In this document: positions 15,031 to 33,346 of the stretch, piece by piece
Numbering within the stretch: position 1 is the stretch's first letter
Layout: the number at the start of each line of letters is the position of its first letter
Source: the human T2T-CHM13v2.0 reference genome, Homo sapiens
Assembly (NCBI RefSeq): GCF_009914755.1
Contig: NC_060942.1
Reading direction: 5' to 3' (one strand)
DNA length: 64,000 nt
Notes under the pieces: model-generated
Told to the model about the DNA's origin: nothing
The model's input: only the letters and a program-made list of their open reading frames with translations
Database searches by the model: none
Made by a program: the position numbers and the translations under genes

Positions 15031-16178
15031 GTCTTTTATAGAGGCTAGGAAGCATTTGATATGATTAAACAATTTCTGATATTAAAACTCTTCATAAAAT
15101 AGGGATAAAAGGATGTGTTCTTATTTTGTAAAGAGCTATCTTAAACAAGTTACATCAACATGATTAATGTAGAATCATCTCCATTCAAATAACAAAAAAA
15201 GACATGATTGGTAAGAATTAGCTAACGCATATGGATGAGAAAATTAAGAGGTAAAAGTAAGGGAAAGAAAGTTATAAAAATTATTGTTATTTGTAGTTTA
15301 TGCTCTTACCCCCAAAAATAATTCACTAGAAAACTCATTAGAACTAACAGAAGAGATTGATACAGAATCAATCAAGAAACATATGCACACTTACCCAGTT
15401 TAGCGTGGGGATATATTCCTAGATGTTAGGGCTCTAACTGAACTTACTTATATGGGGTCCTGTAGTTTCTATGGAGATGTAATATAGGTATTGTACTTAA
15501 GTGATTGCTTCATCCTCAGTTTTTAGCAATGTTTAGAATGTCCTTCAAAATGTCAAAGACTTCTACCAATCTCCTAATTTTCTTTATTCTCTGCTTCCTC
15601 AAATATTTCCTTAAAAGCATCACAAGTTGGCAGAAAACGTGTGTCCTCAGCTACCTCCTGATTCTCTGCCTTGTTTGTACCTTAACTTTGGAAGTCAATG
15701 CGTATAAAAATGATTTACTAGAACTCAAGACTGGAAGGAGAGGCTGAGGCAGAGAACACGAGAACACAACACACATTGTGGAACCACTCAGCTCAGGATG
15801 GTTTGGCCTTTGTTTATTGCTTGTGTACACCAGTACACAAGTACACCGGTACATCACTGGTGGAACATATGATGGCACTCAGTGCATGGAGAAAAGTCCT
15901 ATTAACAGAATGTCATAGATGAATATGTAAATAGCTGTTACACATATGGCATATTCTACTTTTTAAAATATCATAAAGACAAACAGCAAATGGGAGATAT
16001 AATATACCTAATTATATTACAAAATTAATAAAATATTATAGCTTACTTTATGCAAATGTTAACATGAGATCATATAATAATAACCAAAAGATCCTAAGTG
16101 CAGTAGCAACAAAATATACATAATACTATAAATAAACTGAAAAGGAAATATACAAAACTAATGTGAAGAAAGAACTCA

Positions 16179-16510
<332 letters not shown>

Positions 16511-19420
16511 TACATAAATAAGTAATGAAAAGGATAGGAAATTCAATACTATAAAGATGTTAATTCTTCCTAAATGTAACCATGAATGTTGGAGAGTAAC
16601 CAAGCTAGAGAATTATAATCACTTATCTTAAAATAGGTCAAGGCAAGACAGTAAGCATGCCTCCATGGCAAGAGACAATACCCTTACCATAACAATATTT
16701 ACAATCACGACCAATTATGTTTCCAATATTCTTCACCTGACTAGGCATGAATAATATGCCTGAGAAAGAAGATTAATCTATCTATAAATAAATGAAGTCT
16801 TTCCTTCAGGAAGATGTAAACAGGAAGAGCTTCCAGACTAGTCTGCTAGAGTCTGAAACAGAGATCAGTACATATAAAAAAGACTTGCCTTTGTAGGTGG
16901 AAGTACTACTGCTTGCATTAAGCACAACACTTCTTTCCTTACCCAGAACACAAATGTGTCCCAAGCAAGACTGAATATCTTTAAACACACCAACCTCTTC
17001 AGGACAATGGAGCACTAGATAAAGAACAATCGCTCAGAGTCTCTCTAAACTCTGCAGTTAGTTGAAACAGCCAGTATACCAAGGAGAGGCCATGAAGTGA
17101 CTTCAGTCAAAGGCCTTTGCTATAAAGAACGAAAAGTGCCTGTAGGACTTTTGTTCACAGGATATTTGCAGCAACTGGCCATTATTACTGAGTTATAATT
17201 GACTTAGGTTGTAGTCCTGATATAAGTTGTCTTAAAATAACTTCTTTCAATAGAAATGTTCCCTGTTTTTGCTATATGATAGAAAATTTTCAACTGAAAT
17301 ATCACTTTACCAACATGAAATTTCAAAAAAAAGTGTGTAACTGTGAAACCAAGAGCACAAAACAACTCAAATTTTATCCATCTACATTTCACATACTAGT
17401 TATCCCAGACCCTATTTGTCTTTAAACTGTTAATGGTAGAATAATTTTAGAAATATGAATTGCATAGTGATTAATACATAGATATTTCATTTTAAACATT
17501 CTTGATTGAGTTCCTGACCCCTGTCTATAAAATGACATTAAAATATTCTAGGAGACTTCATCGTATAATAATTCTTAAGAATCATGCTATACTACGGAGA
17601 AGGAATATTAATGCCATGAAGTACAAATCATTAAAATAAAGCAGGACTGACTTTTTTCCTATCTTTGAGAAAAAAAATTTCCCACTGCCACAGAGAAAAT
17701 AGGCTAGAACAAAAGTATTACACGGGTAGCAGGAGGAAAACTTGTTAAAGGAGGGACTGGCAGAAGGTGGTTTCCAGTTTAAACTAATGAAATAAAAATA
17801 GTTCTGCCACTTCTCCTCCCTGAAATTAAAAAAAAAAAAAATCTTCAAAGATGCCAGAAAATGCCTAAAATCCTGAATAATTATGTATGAAGAAAGCCTG
17901 GGAATATTGTCCCCACAGTCAGGGAGAATGCCAGATGAAGATTCCTGCTCAGTACACTTGGGACACAGCAGAATTCTTTGTAGTGGAACCCCCGAGAGGC
18001 AAAACAGCCACTGCCTCCTGTAGGAGAGGCCATATCTAGGCTGCCTGGACCTCTCTGACCTCTTTTGACCATGCGGGAAGGGAAGAAGTTTTCAACCAAC
18101 AATGCATAGACACAACATTTCTGTAAGAAGCAAGCTACTGATGTGCAATGAGAGGCAAAACCTTGGATCATCTTACAGCCCTGAGCTGCCAATTTTTGTA
18201 ATCTGAAGAGTAGTGAAAGCTAAGGCAAAGGTAAACACACTAGAAAACTATGTCATATGGAGATTCATGGAAAAAATAGTGCAACTTCTTCCAACCAGGT
18301 TAGAATCATGCCACAAGGCAAAATGTCAGTGAGAAAACTTTCACAGGCAACATCTTGTAATCCAGCTGCTCCTCAGGTACACTCCCTGGCCCATACCTCC
18401 AAATAGACCAGGAATAACTCCATTCGAAGCAGAAATAACCAAGAAAGAGCCAGGATAAGACACAAAAAGAAGAGGAAGAAAAAGAACATGACATATGAAA
18501 GGTAGATAGCCAAATGCCAGAAAGATTATATCAAGAATGAGATTGAAATCGATTTTTTTAAAACTTCAAATGAATTTTACACACACACAGACACACAATC
18601 CCTGGGAAACATGGAGAGAGAGTTAGAAGGGTTCACAAAAGCTGATGCAAAGAGAAGAACAATATCATCACAAAAATCATGGGCACATGGAGAGCAGACA
18701 TAAAAAGGTAACAGATGTTGCTGAAAACACAATTAGATGTGAGATAGCAGGCTTGAGATAATTGAGCAAAGTAAAATGATAGAGAAAAAATAAATATGGA
18801 AGACAGGTAACATGATCCATCATACGCGTATTTGGCATTGCTGAAGAAGAAAACAAATGCAATAGAAAAAAGTTCAAAAATACAATTAAACTAAAAAGAA
18901 GGAGGCCCTCCATTCCATTTAGATTCTCTTGGCTTATTTTATTCCTATCAAGTCTTGCCTTTGATTTATCAAGTTTTACTTCATTGCCTTTTCTTCTTTT
19001 TCACTTTTCTACATTCTATTATTTTATTGATAATCTTCAAATTTTTAATGTGTAAATTTTTATTATTTTTAAGTAGTTCTAAAATTATTGGTGTCTGTTT
19101 CTCAACCAAAGATATAGAACAATTTAGCTTCTCTCCAAATAGTCTCCATTCCATATAACATGCCATGCCTACTATTTCATTTCAATTTGTTTTAAACACC
19201 ATCAAATTGCTTTCAGGAGTAATAGGTAGATTTTTCTAAGAGGTTTTACCCATTTCTCTTCTCTCTATGGCATTTTAGATCTGTTGCTTCATGTGGGCTT
19301 ATTTTCTTCCTTCCTGCAGTATAGCCTTTATAGTTCTAATAGTAAAGGTCTGTGGATATTAAACCCTGAGTCATTTAACGCAGAAATGTGTCTTTATTTT
19401 GCCCTCACTACTAATGATTG

Positions 19421-20293
19421 TGTAGTTGAGTCCAAGCTCGTACCACTCACAGCACAATAGCCAATTAGTTGAGAGACAAAGTGTTGTGGCAAGGCAAGTG
19501 ACTTTAAGAGAGCCAGCTAGGCCAGGCGCGGTGGCTCACACCTGTAATCCCAACAAACACTTAAGGAAGCTGAGGCAAGTGGATCACTTGACGCCAGGAG
19601 TTAGAGACCATCCTGGGCAGCATGGCAAAATCCCATCTCTACTAAAAAATACAAAAATTAGCTGGGCATGGTGGTGTGCACCTGCAGTCCCAACTACTCA
19701 GAAGGCTGAGGTGGGAGGATCACCTGAGCTTGGTAGGTAGAGGATGGCTGAGATTGTGCCCCTGCATTCCAGACTGGGCAATGGAGTGAGACCCTGTCTC
19801 CCCCACCCTGAAAAAAAGAGAGAGAGAGAGAGACAGAGAGCCAGCAAATGGAGAAGATGGCAGGCAGACTAATGTCCTAAAGAACCATCATGAGTTAATA
19901 GAAATTTCAGACTTCTTTAATGTTAGAGGAAGGGGGAAGAGGGAGGGGGTTGAGGTACAGAGGTGACCAGTGATCACAGACATCTGGGTGGCAGCGAGGG
20001 TCGGGGGTGGGTTGAGAAACTCTGTCCTTTGTCCTTGCTCCTAGAAGTCTTTAACATAACATTGTTACTTATTGTTACTTGTGTGTACACTCTCGTTATC
20101 TCTCCGGGTTAGTTTAGGGGGAACTATTATCATCCTTGCTTTAAAGTTAAACTACAAACTAAATTCCTCCCATAGTTAGCTTGGCCTATGTGCAGAAGAA
20201 AGAAAAAGCAGTTAACCTAAAAATATCACATGGATGAGGGGGCTAGGAACAAAATGGAGTTAGTCACGCTAAGCCTCCTTTTCACTGTTATAC
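19421..20293 (-). mobile_element. ERV1-class solo LTR (MER4-group; subfamily uncertain), interrupted by an Alu
   Basis: TG...CA termini and MER4-group motifs (aaactaaattcctcccatagttagcttggcctatg, aaaatggagttagtcacgctaag). The Alu at 19520-19817 has an AGAGAGCCAGC TSD. Confidence 0.6.
19520..19817 (+). mobile_element. Alu (J/S) inside the LTR
   Basis: Alu consensus with an AG-rich tail. Confidence 0.9.
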
Positions 20294-20878
20294 ATTGTTA
20301 GCTTGGTATAGAAATGTAGGTTGATGGGTTTTTTTCCCCAACCTTTGAAGATATTATTTATTTGTCTTATGGTATCTATGGCTGCTATTTGTCTAATTAT
20401 CATTCGTTTGTAGATAATTTTCTATCACTATTACAGTTTTTTTTCTGATGTTCTGTGGTTTCAATATCTTGTTTCTCAATAATGTGTTTTCATTTATCCT
20501 GGTAGAAACTCAGTGTTATGATGTCTTTCTTAAAGTCTGGAAAGTTCTCAGCCATTAGTCCTCTGACTATTGCTTTCCCCTCATTCTCTCTATAGGCTCC
20601 TTCAGGGATTCTATTTGGCATATGTTGGATCTTCCCATTCTCTGCCTGTCTTTTGCCTTCTCTTTTAATTTTCCATCTCTTCATCTCTATATGCTTCATT
20701 CTGTGTTAGATTCTCAGCTGTATATTTAATTCAATTATTGCCTTACTTTTCTCTTCTTGTTTTTGACCTTTTGACCTTGTTTTGACCTATCAAGAGGAGG
20801 CTTCCCTCTTAAATACTCAGTCTACCATCTTACAAGAAGTTGAAATCTTAAATCAACAGGCTCAAAGAACACAACATT

Positions 20879-21190
20879 GGCCAGTCACAGTGGCTCACAT
20901 CTGTAATCACAGCACTTCACTTTGGGAGGCCGAGCAGGCAGATCACTTGAGGTCAGGAGTTCAAGACCAGCCTGGACAGCATAGTGAAACCCTGTCTCTA
21001 CTAAAAATACAAAACAATTAGCCAGGCATGGTGGTGCACACCAGTAATCCCAGCTACAGGAAGGCTGAGGAAGGAGAATCTCTTGAACCCAGAAGTTGGA
21101 GATTGCAGTGAGCCAAGATCGTGCCACTGCACTCCAGCCTGGGCAACAAAGCAAGACTCTATCTCAAAAGAAAAAAAAAAAAGGAAAAAA
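20879..21190 (+). mobile_element. AluS
   Basis: Alu consensus with A-tail. Confidence 0.93.
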
Positions 21191-21322
21191 CACAACATGT
21201 CCCAATAAAAAATTAATATAGATTGATGACCACTAACCAGTATACTCAGTAAATAGCAGAAAGGAAAGCATCTTAAGGGCATCCAAGCAAAAAAAGGTCA
21301 GCTCATTAAAAAGAAAAAGTAA

Positions 21323-21642
<320 letters not shown>

Positions 21643-21705
21643 AGGAATTCTTTTCTGGCTTTAACGGCTCAGACTTCTCTACAGGAACATTGAATTCTAC
21701 AATAA

Positions 21706-22110
<405 letters not shown>

Positions 22111-22970
22111 TAGACAGATACTTTCAAACATCAAAGAAATCAGGAAATACACTTCCCATGAGTCTCTTCCTGGAAAAAAAAAAAAAAAAAAAAAACCTGC
22201 TATACGAGAACTGTGGCTCTCAAAGTGCTAAAGGAAGAAACAGTGGTGACGAGAATAATGGTGACCATTGAATCAATAGAAATTTAGAACGAACAAAGAC
22301 TGAACAATGAGGTTATTGTACATAAAGTGTAATAACTCAGCTCACTAAAATAGGGAGGAGGAAGCAAAGAGAAGATAGACAGTAGTTATGTAAGTTTATT
22401 GGTTTCCCCATCTATCATAGAAGGAAGAAAAGGAATTGTTTAAAGCTGATTAGTCAAGTAATAGAGATCTAATATGTTTGAAAATAAAGAGGAAATTACA
22501 AAATAATTATTTTAACCCAGCAAAATCAGATAGTGGGAAAGAAGAAGGATCAAAAACAGGCAAAACTAATCTATGAATTATTTTTGGCAGGTTACTAACT
22601 GGGAGAGAGCAAGAAAGCATCTCCCAGGATCCTGGTGGTCACACATAAAGAATCATCAATCTCTACTCATAAGAGGTGTGTCCTTTACTGTATGTATATT
22701 ATAACTCAATACATGTTTTTAATTCAAAGAAGTTAAGTTCTTAAAAACTGTTCAGCAAAACTAAAGAAATGAAAAAAATAGAATAGTAGAAGAAATATAA
22801 TTTATTCTCCTTAATCTAAGAAAGCCACATAGACAAGAATAAGATATAGAGGAAGCAAATGATATAATCAAGCATGTAGATCTAACTAAAATATATGTGA
22901 AACTTCATACTCTGTGAAAGAGAATATACTTTTGCTTCAAGTGCTTATGGGACATTTATAAAATTGACTA

Positions 22971-23296
<326 letters not shown>

Positions 23297-23617
23297 AAAA
23301 TTGACCATATTTTAGTTAGACTACAAGGATGGCCTTTGGTGTCATAAGGTCAGTGCTGCCTGTATCAACCTGGATCTCAGAGTGACGATGTGGAGCAAAG
23401 ACCCACCCCACACCCATTTGCAGCAATCAATCCACATTGATATAGAGTCTGAGGGAGAAATGGACCTTCATTTTATGAAGCAACTGATATTTCAGGAATA
23501 ATTTATATCATGGCATAGCAAAGCCTATGACAACTAATAAATTAGATTAACAAAAACAATGGAACAAAATAGAAATTCAGAATTAGACCCAAATAAACAT
23601 AGAAATTCAGTATATAT

Positions 23618-24039
23618 TGATATGGTTTGGATCTGTGTTCCTGCCCACATCTCATGTTGAATCGTAATCCCCAATGTTGGAGGTGGAGCCTAGTGAGAGG
23701 TGATTGAATTATGGGGACAGAGTTCTCATGAGTGATTTAACTCCATCTCCTTGGTGCTGTTCTTGTGGTGGTGAGTGAGTAAATTATCACAAGATCTGGT
23801 TGTTGTAAAGTGTGTAGCACCTCCCTTCCTCTCTCTTGCTCCTGCTCTGGCCATGTAAGACATTCCTGCTTCTCCTGCACCTTCCATCATGGTTGTAAAT
23901 CTCCTGAGGCCTCCCTAGAAACAGAAGCTGCTATGCTTCTGCACAGCCTGCAGAACCCTGAGCCAATTAAACTTCTTTTCTTTATAAATTACCTAGTCTC
24001 AGCTATTTCTTTATAGCAGTGTAAGAACAGGCTAATACA
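23618..24039 (+). mobile_element. MSTA-like MaLR solo LTR
   Basis: TGATATGGTTTGG...CTAATACA termini and 5-bp TSD TATAT on both sides. Confidence 0.9.
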
Positions 24040-24407
24040 TATATAAAAGTGGCATTTTTTTCAAGTCATGGGGAAACATAATAATAGTCATAGAGAAGGA
24101 ACAATGCTAACATCTGGAAGAAACTAGACCTGCTTAATTTCTTATACCAAAAATGTCCACAGTTCAATGTTTTAAACGTAAAAATGTAAAAAGTAAAATG
24201 GTTAAAATACTAGGAGAAAGTGTGAATCTTTCTATTGTCTCAGGATGGGGAAGGTCTTGCTAACAAAGAAAATAAATGATTGACAAATGTTACTATACAA
24301 AATTTAAATTTTCTTTATTGGAAGTGTTTCAAAAGTTAAGTTATAAATCAATGCAATATGAAAATAAATATTTGAAATGCATAAGAGAGACAAAGGATTA
24401 ATTTCCT

Positions 24408-24559
24408 TAATATTTAAAAAAGCACTTACGTAAGAAGAACATATTACATAATATTTTAAAAAGCACTTACATAAGAAGAATATATTACATAATATTTTAA
24501 AAAGCACTTACATAAGAAGAATATATTACATAATATTTTAAAAAGCACTTACATAAGAG
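24408..24559. repeat. 41-bp minisatellite, ~3.7 copies
   Basis: AGCACTTAC recurs at 24421, 24462, 24503 and 24544; unit is about AGCACTTACATAAGAAGAATATATTACATAATATTTTAAAA. Confidence 0.93.
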
Positions 24560-26762
24560 AAATAGGGAAGGAGTCTCTCAGGGAAAAAATCATTTTAACT
24601 ACATGGAAAGTTGTTGTACATCTTAAATTTTGAATATGCAAATTAAAATGGCAATAAGATACTTTCTTGCACCTATTGGTTTGGCAAATAATACGCTATA
24701 ATGGCAAGACACTGTCAATGGTAGTATAGACTAATACAGACCTCTAAGTGGCACACTTGTCAGTACTTATTAATGTTTCAAATACAAATACTCTTTGGTG
24801 TAGCAATTATTATTTTTAAAAATTATCCTGCAGTTAACACTTATATATATGTGCAAAGATACAAGCACAGGGATCTATGTTTGCAGTAAAGTTATACATA
24901 GGGTGACTGGAAACAACCTAATTGCCACCAATAAGGGACAGAATAAAGAAATTACATCAGTGCAACTGGAAATTATGCTTATAAAGGCCTCAGGTTGATT
25001 CCATGTAAGTTGATACAGCCTGACAGCTAAGCTCCAGAAAATCATACATCTGATGCTCCCATTTGTATCTTTGGGATCCCTGTAGGCAGCAAATAGCACA
25101 GTCATGCTAGATAATCTGAGTTTTAACAGGAGACTGTTTATAAGTTCTGGGTGGGGTGCGGAGAAACCTCTAGAGATAGGATGAGGCACTGTAACCACAA
25201 AAAGGCCTAAACAGGTGAAGGAAAGGCACAAATACCATAAATGGAAGAAGAGAGTAGCTGGAGAGAGCCACAGTGGTATCTCAGGAAGGCAGGCCAAGGC
25301 CCCACTTCTCTTCTCTTCGCTCATCTTCCAACATGAAGCCCAAGGTGCGGGAGCCTGAGGATGTATCCAAGGGGAGCTCTAAGTGAGGAAGGAAAGGTCA
25401 AGAGTGGATATGGAGGGGAAATGGGAGGTATGCAGCACAATACTTTTCAAAACATGGGGATATAGACACACTTAGGTTCCCAAGAAACTGCCACGAAGAG
25501 ATGCCTTTGAGTAAGAACCATGAGAATTAGGGCCTTTGCAGTATGGGATGGAAGGAAATCACACTTTCTCTGCATTCTCTTTTTTACTGTTGCAAGTTTT
25601 TAAATCTTTTGCATGCATTATTCTTTTGATAAAAAAAATAGCTGGTGGCAGAATTTCTTTTAGAAGGGAAACTCTTTGGTTTAACAAAGCATCTTGATAG
25701 TCATCTTAGCTGAAGAAAGGGAAGTCTGAAAAGCAAAGGAGCAAGGAAAAGAGGGGGAAAAAACAATTCTTTCTTCATAAGAATGGGCAGAAAGTGGGGA
25801 AAAGTGAAAAATTTGAGGAGAGATACAAGGGCTCAGAAAATGTGGGGTAGCTGGGGTCTGAGGAGGAAAAAAAATACAAGAATGACACAGATTTCTAAGT
25901 ACAAGATTTTTCAGTTTTATATTATGCCTATCCTTCAGAAAAGCCAACCACATCTACTGCCTTGTTTATAGTATGTGGTCAGTTAGGGTCAGTGGGAGAA
26001 ATTAAAGGAATAGGGACTCTGCTTCCTGTTTGGATTGTTTTAGGACTGAGAATCAAAAAGAGCTACTGTTAGATCAATGAGAAAGAGAAATTTCATCCTC
26101 AACCAGAAATTGGGACAGAACCTGACTTGAGAAAACATAAGCCCCTAGAAAGCCTTCAGCAGTATAGGAGAGATGCAGATTTTCACCATATTTGAGGTCG
26201 GAGGTTAAGCCAGTATTAGGAAAAGAATGAGCCTAATAGCTGATGCTTTGAGCATGTCTGGGGAGCTGTGTGATACATAGAGAATTAAAGCAGAACCAAA
26301 CAAATGCATTCAAGGACAAATCTGTCTCAGGTGTTCCCACAGATGTCTAAGAATCCATATGGAGAAATATGTAAAGCTCTGAGCTCAAGTATTTTGCATT
26401 GGTTCTTTTGCATATGTATCAGCAGGGGTGAGAGGTTTAAATATTATTCGGAAAGTTAATAGTCAGTGCTTTATGATTCAGAAGAGGCTAACCATCAGAC
26501 TGTCTTTGATCACAATAAAATCAGGATTTTAATCCTTTTTTGTTATCTCCATTTTCCACAAAAATAACATTAATGACAACAGCAAAAACTTAATGTGAAA
26601 AATTGGTCTTAAAAGTTTTGCAACAAATATAAAAACATCAAGTACATATAATAATAATAATAATTTTATAATTAGTTACTAATCTGAAGAGGACTTCAGG
26701 ATATCTAGAAATAATATAATTGGTTAGGCAAAACCAATGTCTTTTTATGAAAGAACATGAGA

Positions 26763-27044
<282 letters not shown>

Positions 27045-27920
27045 GCAATCTTTCTTATATCAAAGGTCTGCATCTATTTTTACTACAACTTTTGTCATAC
27101 CATATTCCAAATATATAAAATCTCTGACAAACACTCAGGTATTTGGACTTGTTTTTCTAAGAGTAATGATGGGTTGCATTTTTAGAAGATACAATATGTA
27201 GGGTTTTGCTCTCTCCTCACCAACAATACATACTTGTGAATTAACCAGTTGGTTTAAGGATACTAGCAATGGCCATGGAAGAGTTTTTTTCATATTAAAG
27301 TTAAACCACCTATAATAGGCTCAAGTGTGCAATACATACAATAACCAACTAGAGTAAGTGGCTCAGAGTCTTAGGAAAATGAAAAGACTCACGTGGTTAA
27401 TAATTAATTTACAGTTTGAGAGATATATGTAGAGAAATGTACATAGGCATACAAAGTTAAATCTTTTTTGAGGTAACTAGATTAATATTCTATCTACCTA
27501 CCAAAAGAATTTGACGTAACTTGTAATTTAAAAAAATCACAGACACAATATAATGCCAAATCAGGCAAACAAGACAAATAAGACAAAAGTCAGGTAATAA
27601 ATATGAAACTAGACAGATACAGTTATTCTGTTTTTATAGATAGGAACATAGACTAGAGATGACCTACTCAAATTCATGTCTTTTTACTGCCATATATGTT
27701 TATGTGATTTAACATATTTAAATCTGATTTATTTGCTTAACATTACCAAGTGAAAGAGGATAATACACGTACTTATACAATAGGGTATGTTAAAAGTTAT
27801 CATCTAAAACTTGAATATAAGGCAAGGAGAGTACCACATGTGCTTTCAAAGTCCTGCTAGGGCATTTTTTAACAAACTCACTCATGGATTACTTAATTAA
27901 CTAGGGCAACTTTCCTTTGA

Positions 27921-28232
<312 letters not shown>

Positions 28233-28879
28233 TGACTTTTGTGTGGACCTTTTTGTATGATTTGTACAAAAATTAAGAGCTTAGACTCTGTGGAATTTTA
28301 TGGTAACTTGTATTAACAGATAGATTCAGTGGAGCTACAAGTAATTTCTGTAAGGTAGAAAAGATAACCTCAAATGTTATGGTTTTTTATTGCCCTATAG
28401 AACAATCTTATTCAACGTTTTTCTCAAATGCCTATACACACCCAGTTCCTCAAAATACTCTTTAAACCACTTTGTCATTTTGCTGATTCCCTCATTAATG
28501 AGTTAATAAATCTTTAACATGTGCTTCTTCTACATTGGAATGAGAATCATGCTTTTAGCTTTTTGGAAATTATATTTAGACAGGTAGTTATGCTGGTTAA
28601 ATGAGATAACATGCCTAGAACATAGTAAATGTTCAATAAATGTTAGATTTTAAGTTTCATGCCCTAATCCCTCCAACATTATAAGAAAAAAATACAGCTC
28701 TGTTTACAGAGGGAATAAATACACATATGTATATGTATAAATGTGTTTGATGTACATGTACATAGATATATTCATAATACATACAGGCAAGAGGAGTATA
28801 TATAATATATATTACATATGTGTGTATATAATATATAGATGTATTTATATTTATCAAACATTTACTATGAAGAACATCA

Positions 28880-29251
<372 letters not shown>

Positions 29252-30822
29252 TTATAGCAAAATGTAACATTAATAACCAGTAACAATGTATTCCAGCCTG
29301 ATTTTTGTTTAAGATCCCCAGCTGAAAGAGCTTAAATAGACTAAATCAGAAACAGCAATAGCAGTGTCATAAAGATAACTTCCTAAGAACTGTGCTATTT
29401 CATCAGAGAAACTTACTGAGTGCTCTGCAAGAATTCTAAGACATTAACCATGTTAATATACCTAAATTGCAGGAGTTGCTTATCTATAAATACCTATCTT
29501 GAATGGACATTTGTCTGCCCCTGATATGTATGGGGGTGGGAGGTGTAAACGCCAGAAGGAAACGACACAGAGAAACATACATTACCTATACTACTCTGTC
29601 CTTTTTCTCTCTTCATAAGAGGGACCACACAGCAGAGTGTCTGGGAAACTATTTACCTTGCAAATAAAAGTATGGTCAACTTTTTCCAAACTTTTTACTC
29701 AGGGACTCAAAATTATTAACCATGCCCTATCTGTGAGAAATGGTAAATTTATTTTAAAATTTCTTTTCTTTCTTTTTTTTTTTTTTTTAACATTTAATGA
29801 CTTCTAGGAAAACTGAACCTATTCTCCATCTCCAATAAAATATTCACTCACATTCCAAGGTACTCCAGTGTTAATATGTAGTAATATATTTCAGGAGTGC
29901 CTGTGACCCAAACAGTGTATCTGTCTTGAAAGATGATCATTTTATTCTTTCTCTTAGGAAAGCTAGTCAACTGATCTCATTACGAGTTGTAGCTTTTGCC
30001 ACAAAAAAAGGTGGGCAGTGAATTTTGTTTTCTTTCCTGTTCTACATGAAGAGGTTAATTTACAAGGTAAGTTAAACATGTGCTATCTGTAATTTAGAAT
30101 GGTCAAAAAGAGTCAGCTCAAGGAGAAGATGAATAAAACATTTTTACAGTGGTAAATTATTTAAATAGTGTTAATTAATTTAATCTTCCCTGACATTGTC
30201 ATTTAAGGACAGAAGCTCCTAGGCAGTTTCTTATTTTAAAAATTTCCCCCCCACATTATGCATGGTTCATAATAGACTCAGTATAAAAATTCAAAAATGG
30301 AACTATATTGAGCAGAAAGTGGAAGTCCCTAATACCACTGTAGAACAATGGTTCTATATTCTTTCTGATATTATACATATATACATACATATTCACAATA
30401 TGCTATAATTGCATGTATATGTTATGTGATATATATTACAAAATAAATGAAATCATCTTAAATCTATTATTCTTTCACCTGACCTTTTCACTCAACATAT
30501 TATGGACATTTACCAGTGTCAATTCATATAGATCTACATTATCTTTTTGATGGCTGCATAGTATTCCTTTGCATGAATCTATCATGAGTTGATGCATTAA
30601 TTAGCAGACTTCAGTATGCATTATGATCACCTATGAAATTTGGTCATTCTCCTCTTGCCAGTTTCCAGCTTCTACAGAAGGTTTGGCATGAGGCTCATTC
30701 ATATTTTTAGGAGTGTTTGGAGGAGACTCTGAAACACACCAAATTTTGAGAACTACCTATTTAATGAATTTGTTGTTGACAGGCATTTCATTTCTTTCTA
30801 ATTTTTAAAAACACAGCACTAT

Positions 30823-31309
<487 letters not shown>

Positions 31310-31769
31310 TTAGATAGATCTGGGGAGAAAATTAGAAAAATGCAAAATGGTGATGGCAATGGGGGAGAGAGGCCATCCTCAGGTTTTCGAATAAATGAAT
31401 GAAAAAGGATGAAGCCAGGTTTCTCATTCTAGGTGCGCCATTAGGAAACAGGAATGCCAATTTTCATTTTGTCAGTGCTTCTGTCTATGTACTTAACTTT
31501 CACAATTGTTGCAAATTTAATTGTAAGCAATAGAGGTGAATGGAGCAAGCACTAGACTTTAGTGCTGTCTCTTTCACTCTCTAGCTGTGTGACCTTTGAT
31601 ATGTCAACCTCTCTGTGCATCAGTTTCCTTGTCTGTAAAATGTGTGAGCTAGATTAATCTACAGTCCCTTTCAGGTCTATCATTCTTTAATTCCATGAAA
31701 GAACATTTTGTTTCATTTCGTAACCAACCCCATTTCAGAAAAAGAACTTTTAAAAATTCAAATTTATGT

Positions 31770-31905
31770 ATTTTTTTTTTATTTTTTAGAGATGTGATCT
31801 CACTATGTTGCCCAGGCTGGTCTCAAACTCCTGACCTCAAGCAATCCTTCCTCTTCAGCCTCCCAGGTAGCTGGGATTACAGGCATGCACCACCATACCT
31901 GACAC
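31770..31905 (-). mobile_element. FLAM / Alu monomer
   Basis: Single Alu arm (cactatgttgcccaggctggtctcaaactcctg). Confidence 0.8.
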
Positions 31906-32086
31906 CTGACTAAAGCTAATTTAAAAAACCATGGACATTAGAGTATGTGACAATGAACATTCTGCAATTCATACATATATATATATATATATATATATGG
32001 TATATTCTCTTGGCACTCTGTGTTTCAGAATAACATATGGTATCCAATGTACCTTGGATGAGAAGGGTTACAGTAGGATCAATAGG

Positions 32087-32087
<1 letters not shown>

Positions 32088-32146
<59 letters not shown>
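32088..32146. repeat. (TA)/(TG)n/(TA) microsatellite
   Basis: ~19 TG units flanked by TA runs. Confidence 0.95.
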
Positions 32147-32203
32147 CCTTCTATGTAATCCAGCATTGATTGCATGAAGGTCTTAATACTTCAGTGGAAA
32201 TCA

Positions 32204-32655
<452 letters not shown>

Positions 32656-32879
32656 AGAAATGTGTTCATGATAACTATGCTTTTCTGATTCAGACAATTG
32701 TCTGATAACAATAAAACCAAGTCACACAAGTATAAAATGAAGTCCTGCCAAGGCTAAAATAGACACCAAGTAAGTGACAAATACTTGAATAACAATGAAG
32801 CATAAATTGATATAAATAAGAAATTCAGTGATCACATGATATCGGCTAGATTTCTGCCTAATATCTTACCATGACTCCT

Positions 32880-33290
32880 CTTATGTGGGTTAAATGGTGG
32901 CCTCCCAAAAAAATATGTTTACCGGAACTTGTGGACATTACTCAATTTGCAAAAAAATGTCTTTAGAGATGTAATCTGCAATTTAGAGTAGCCCTAAATC
33001 CAATGGCAACTATCCTTACATCAGAGGAGAAGGCAACGCGAAGACAGAGGCAGAGATTGGATGATGCACTACAAGCCAAGCAGTGCCAAGGACTGCCAAC
33101 AGCCACAAGAAACGAGGAGAGAAGCCTGGACTAGGCACTCCCTCGTAGCCACCAGAGGAAACCAACCTGCAGACACCTTGATTTTGGACTTCTGGAATTC
33201 TGGTCTCCAGAACTATGAGAGAATAAATTTCTGTTTTAAACCATCCAGTTTGTGGTAATTTGCCCTGGCAGCCCCAGAAAAACTAACGCA
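32880..33290 (+). mobile_element. MLT1 (B/C-like) MaLR LTR
   Basis: MLT1 motifs (aatggtggcctcccaaaa; gacaccttgattttggacttctgg; gagagaataaatttctgttttaaaccatccagtttgtggtaattt). Confidence 0.85.
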
Positions 33291-33345
33291 CCTTTTTAAA
33301 AATATAGTTTCCAAAAATACTAATCTACTCAGTTTCCTGAATACA

Positions 33346-33346
<1 letters not shown>

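Noticed and set aside
24408-24559. CRISPR-like array
   Set aside because: Head-to-tail repeats without unique spacers in a primate genome; an ordinary minisatellite.
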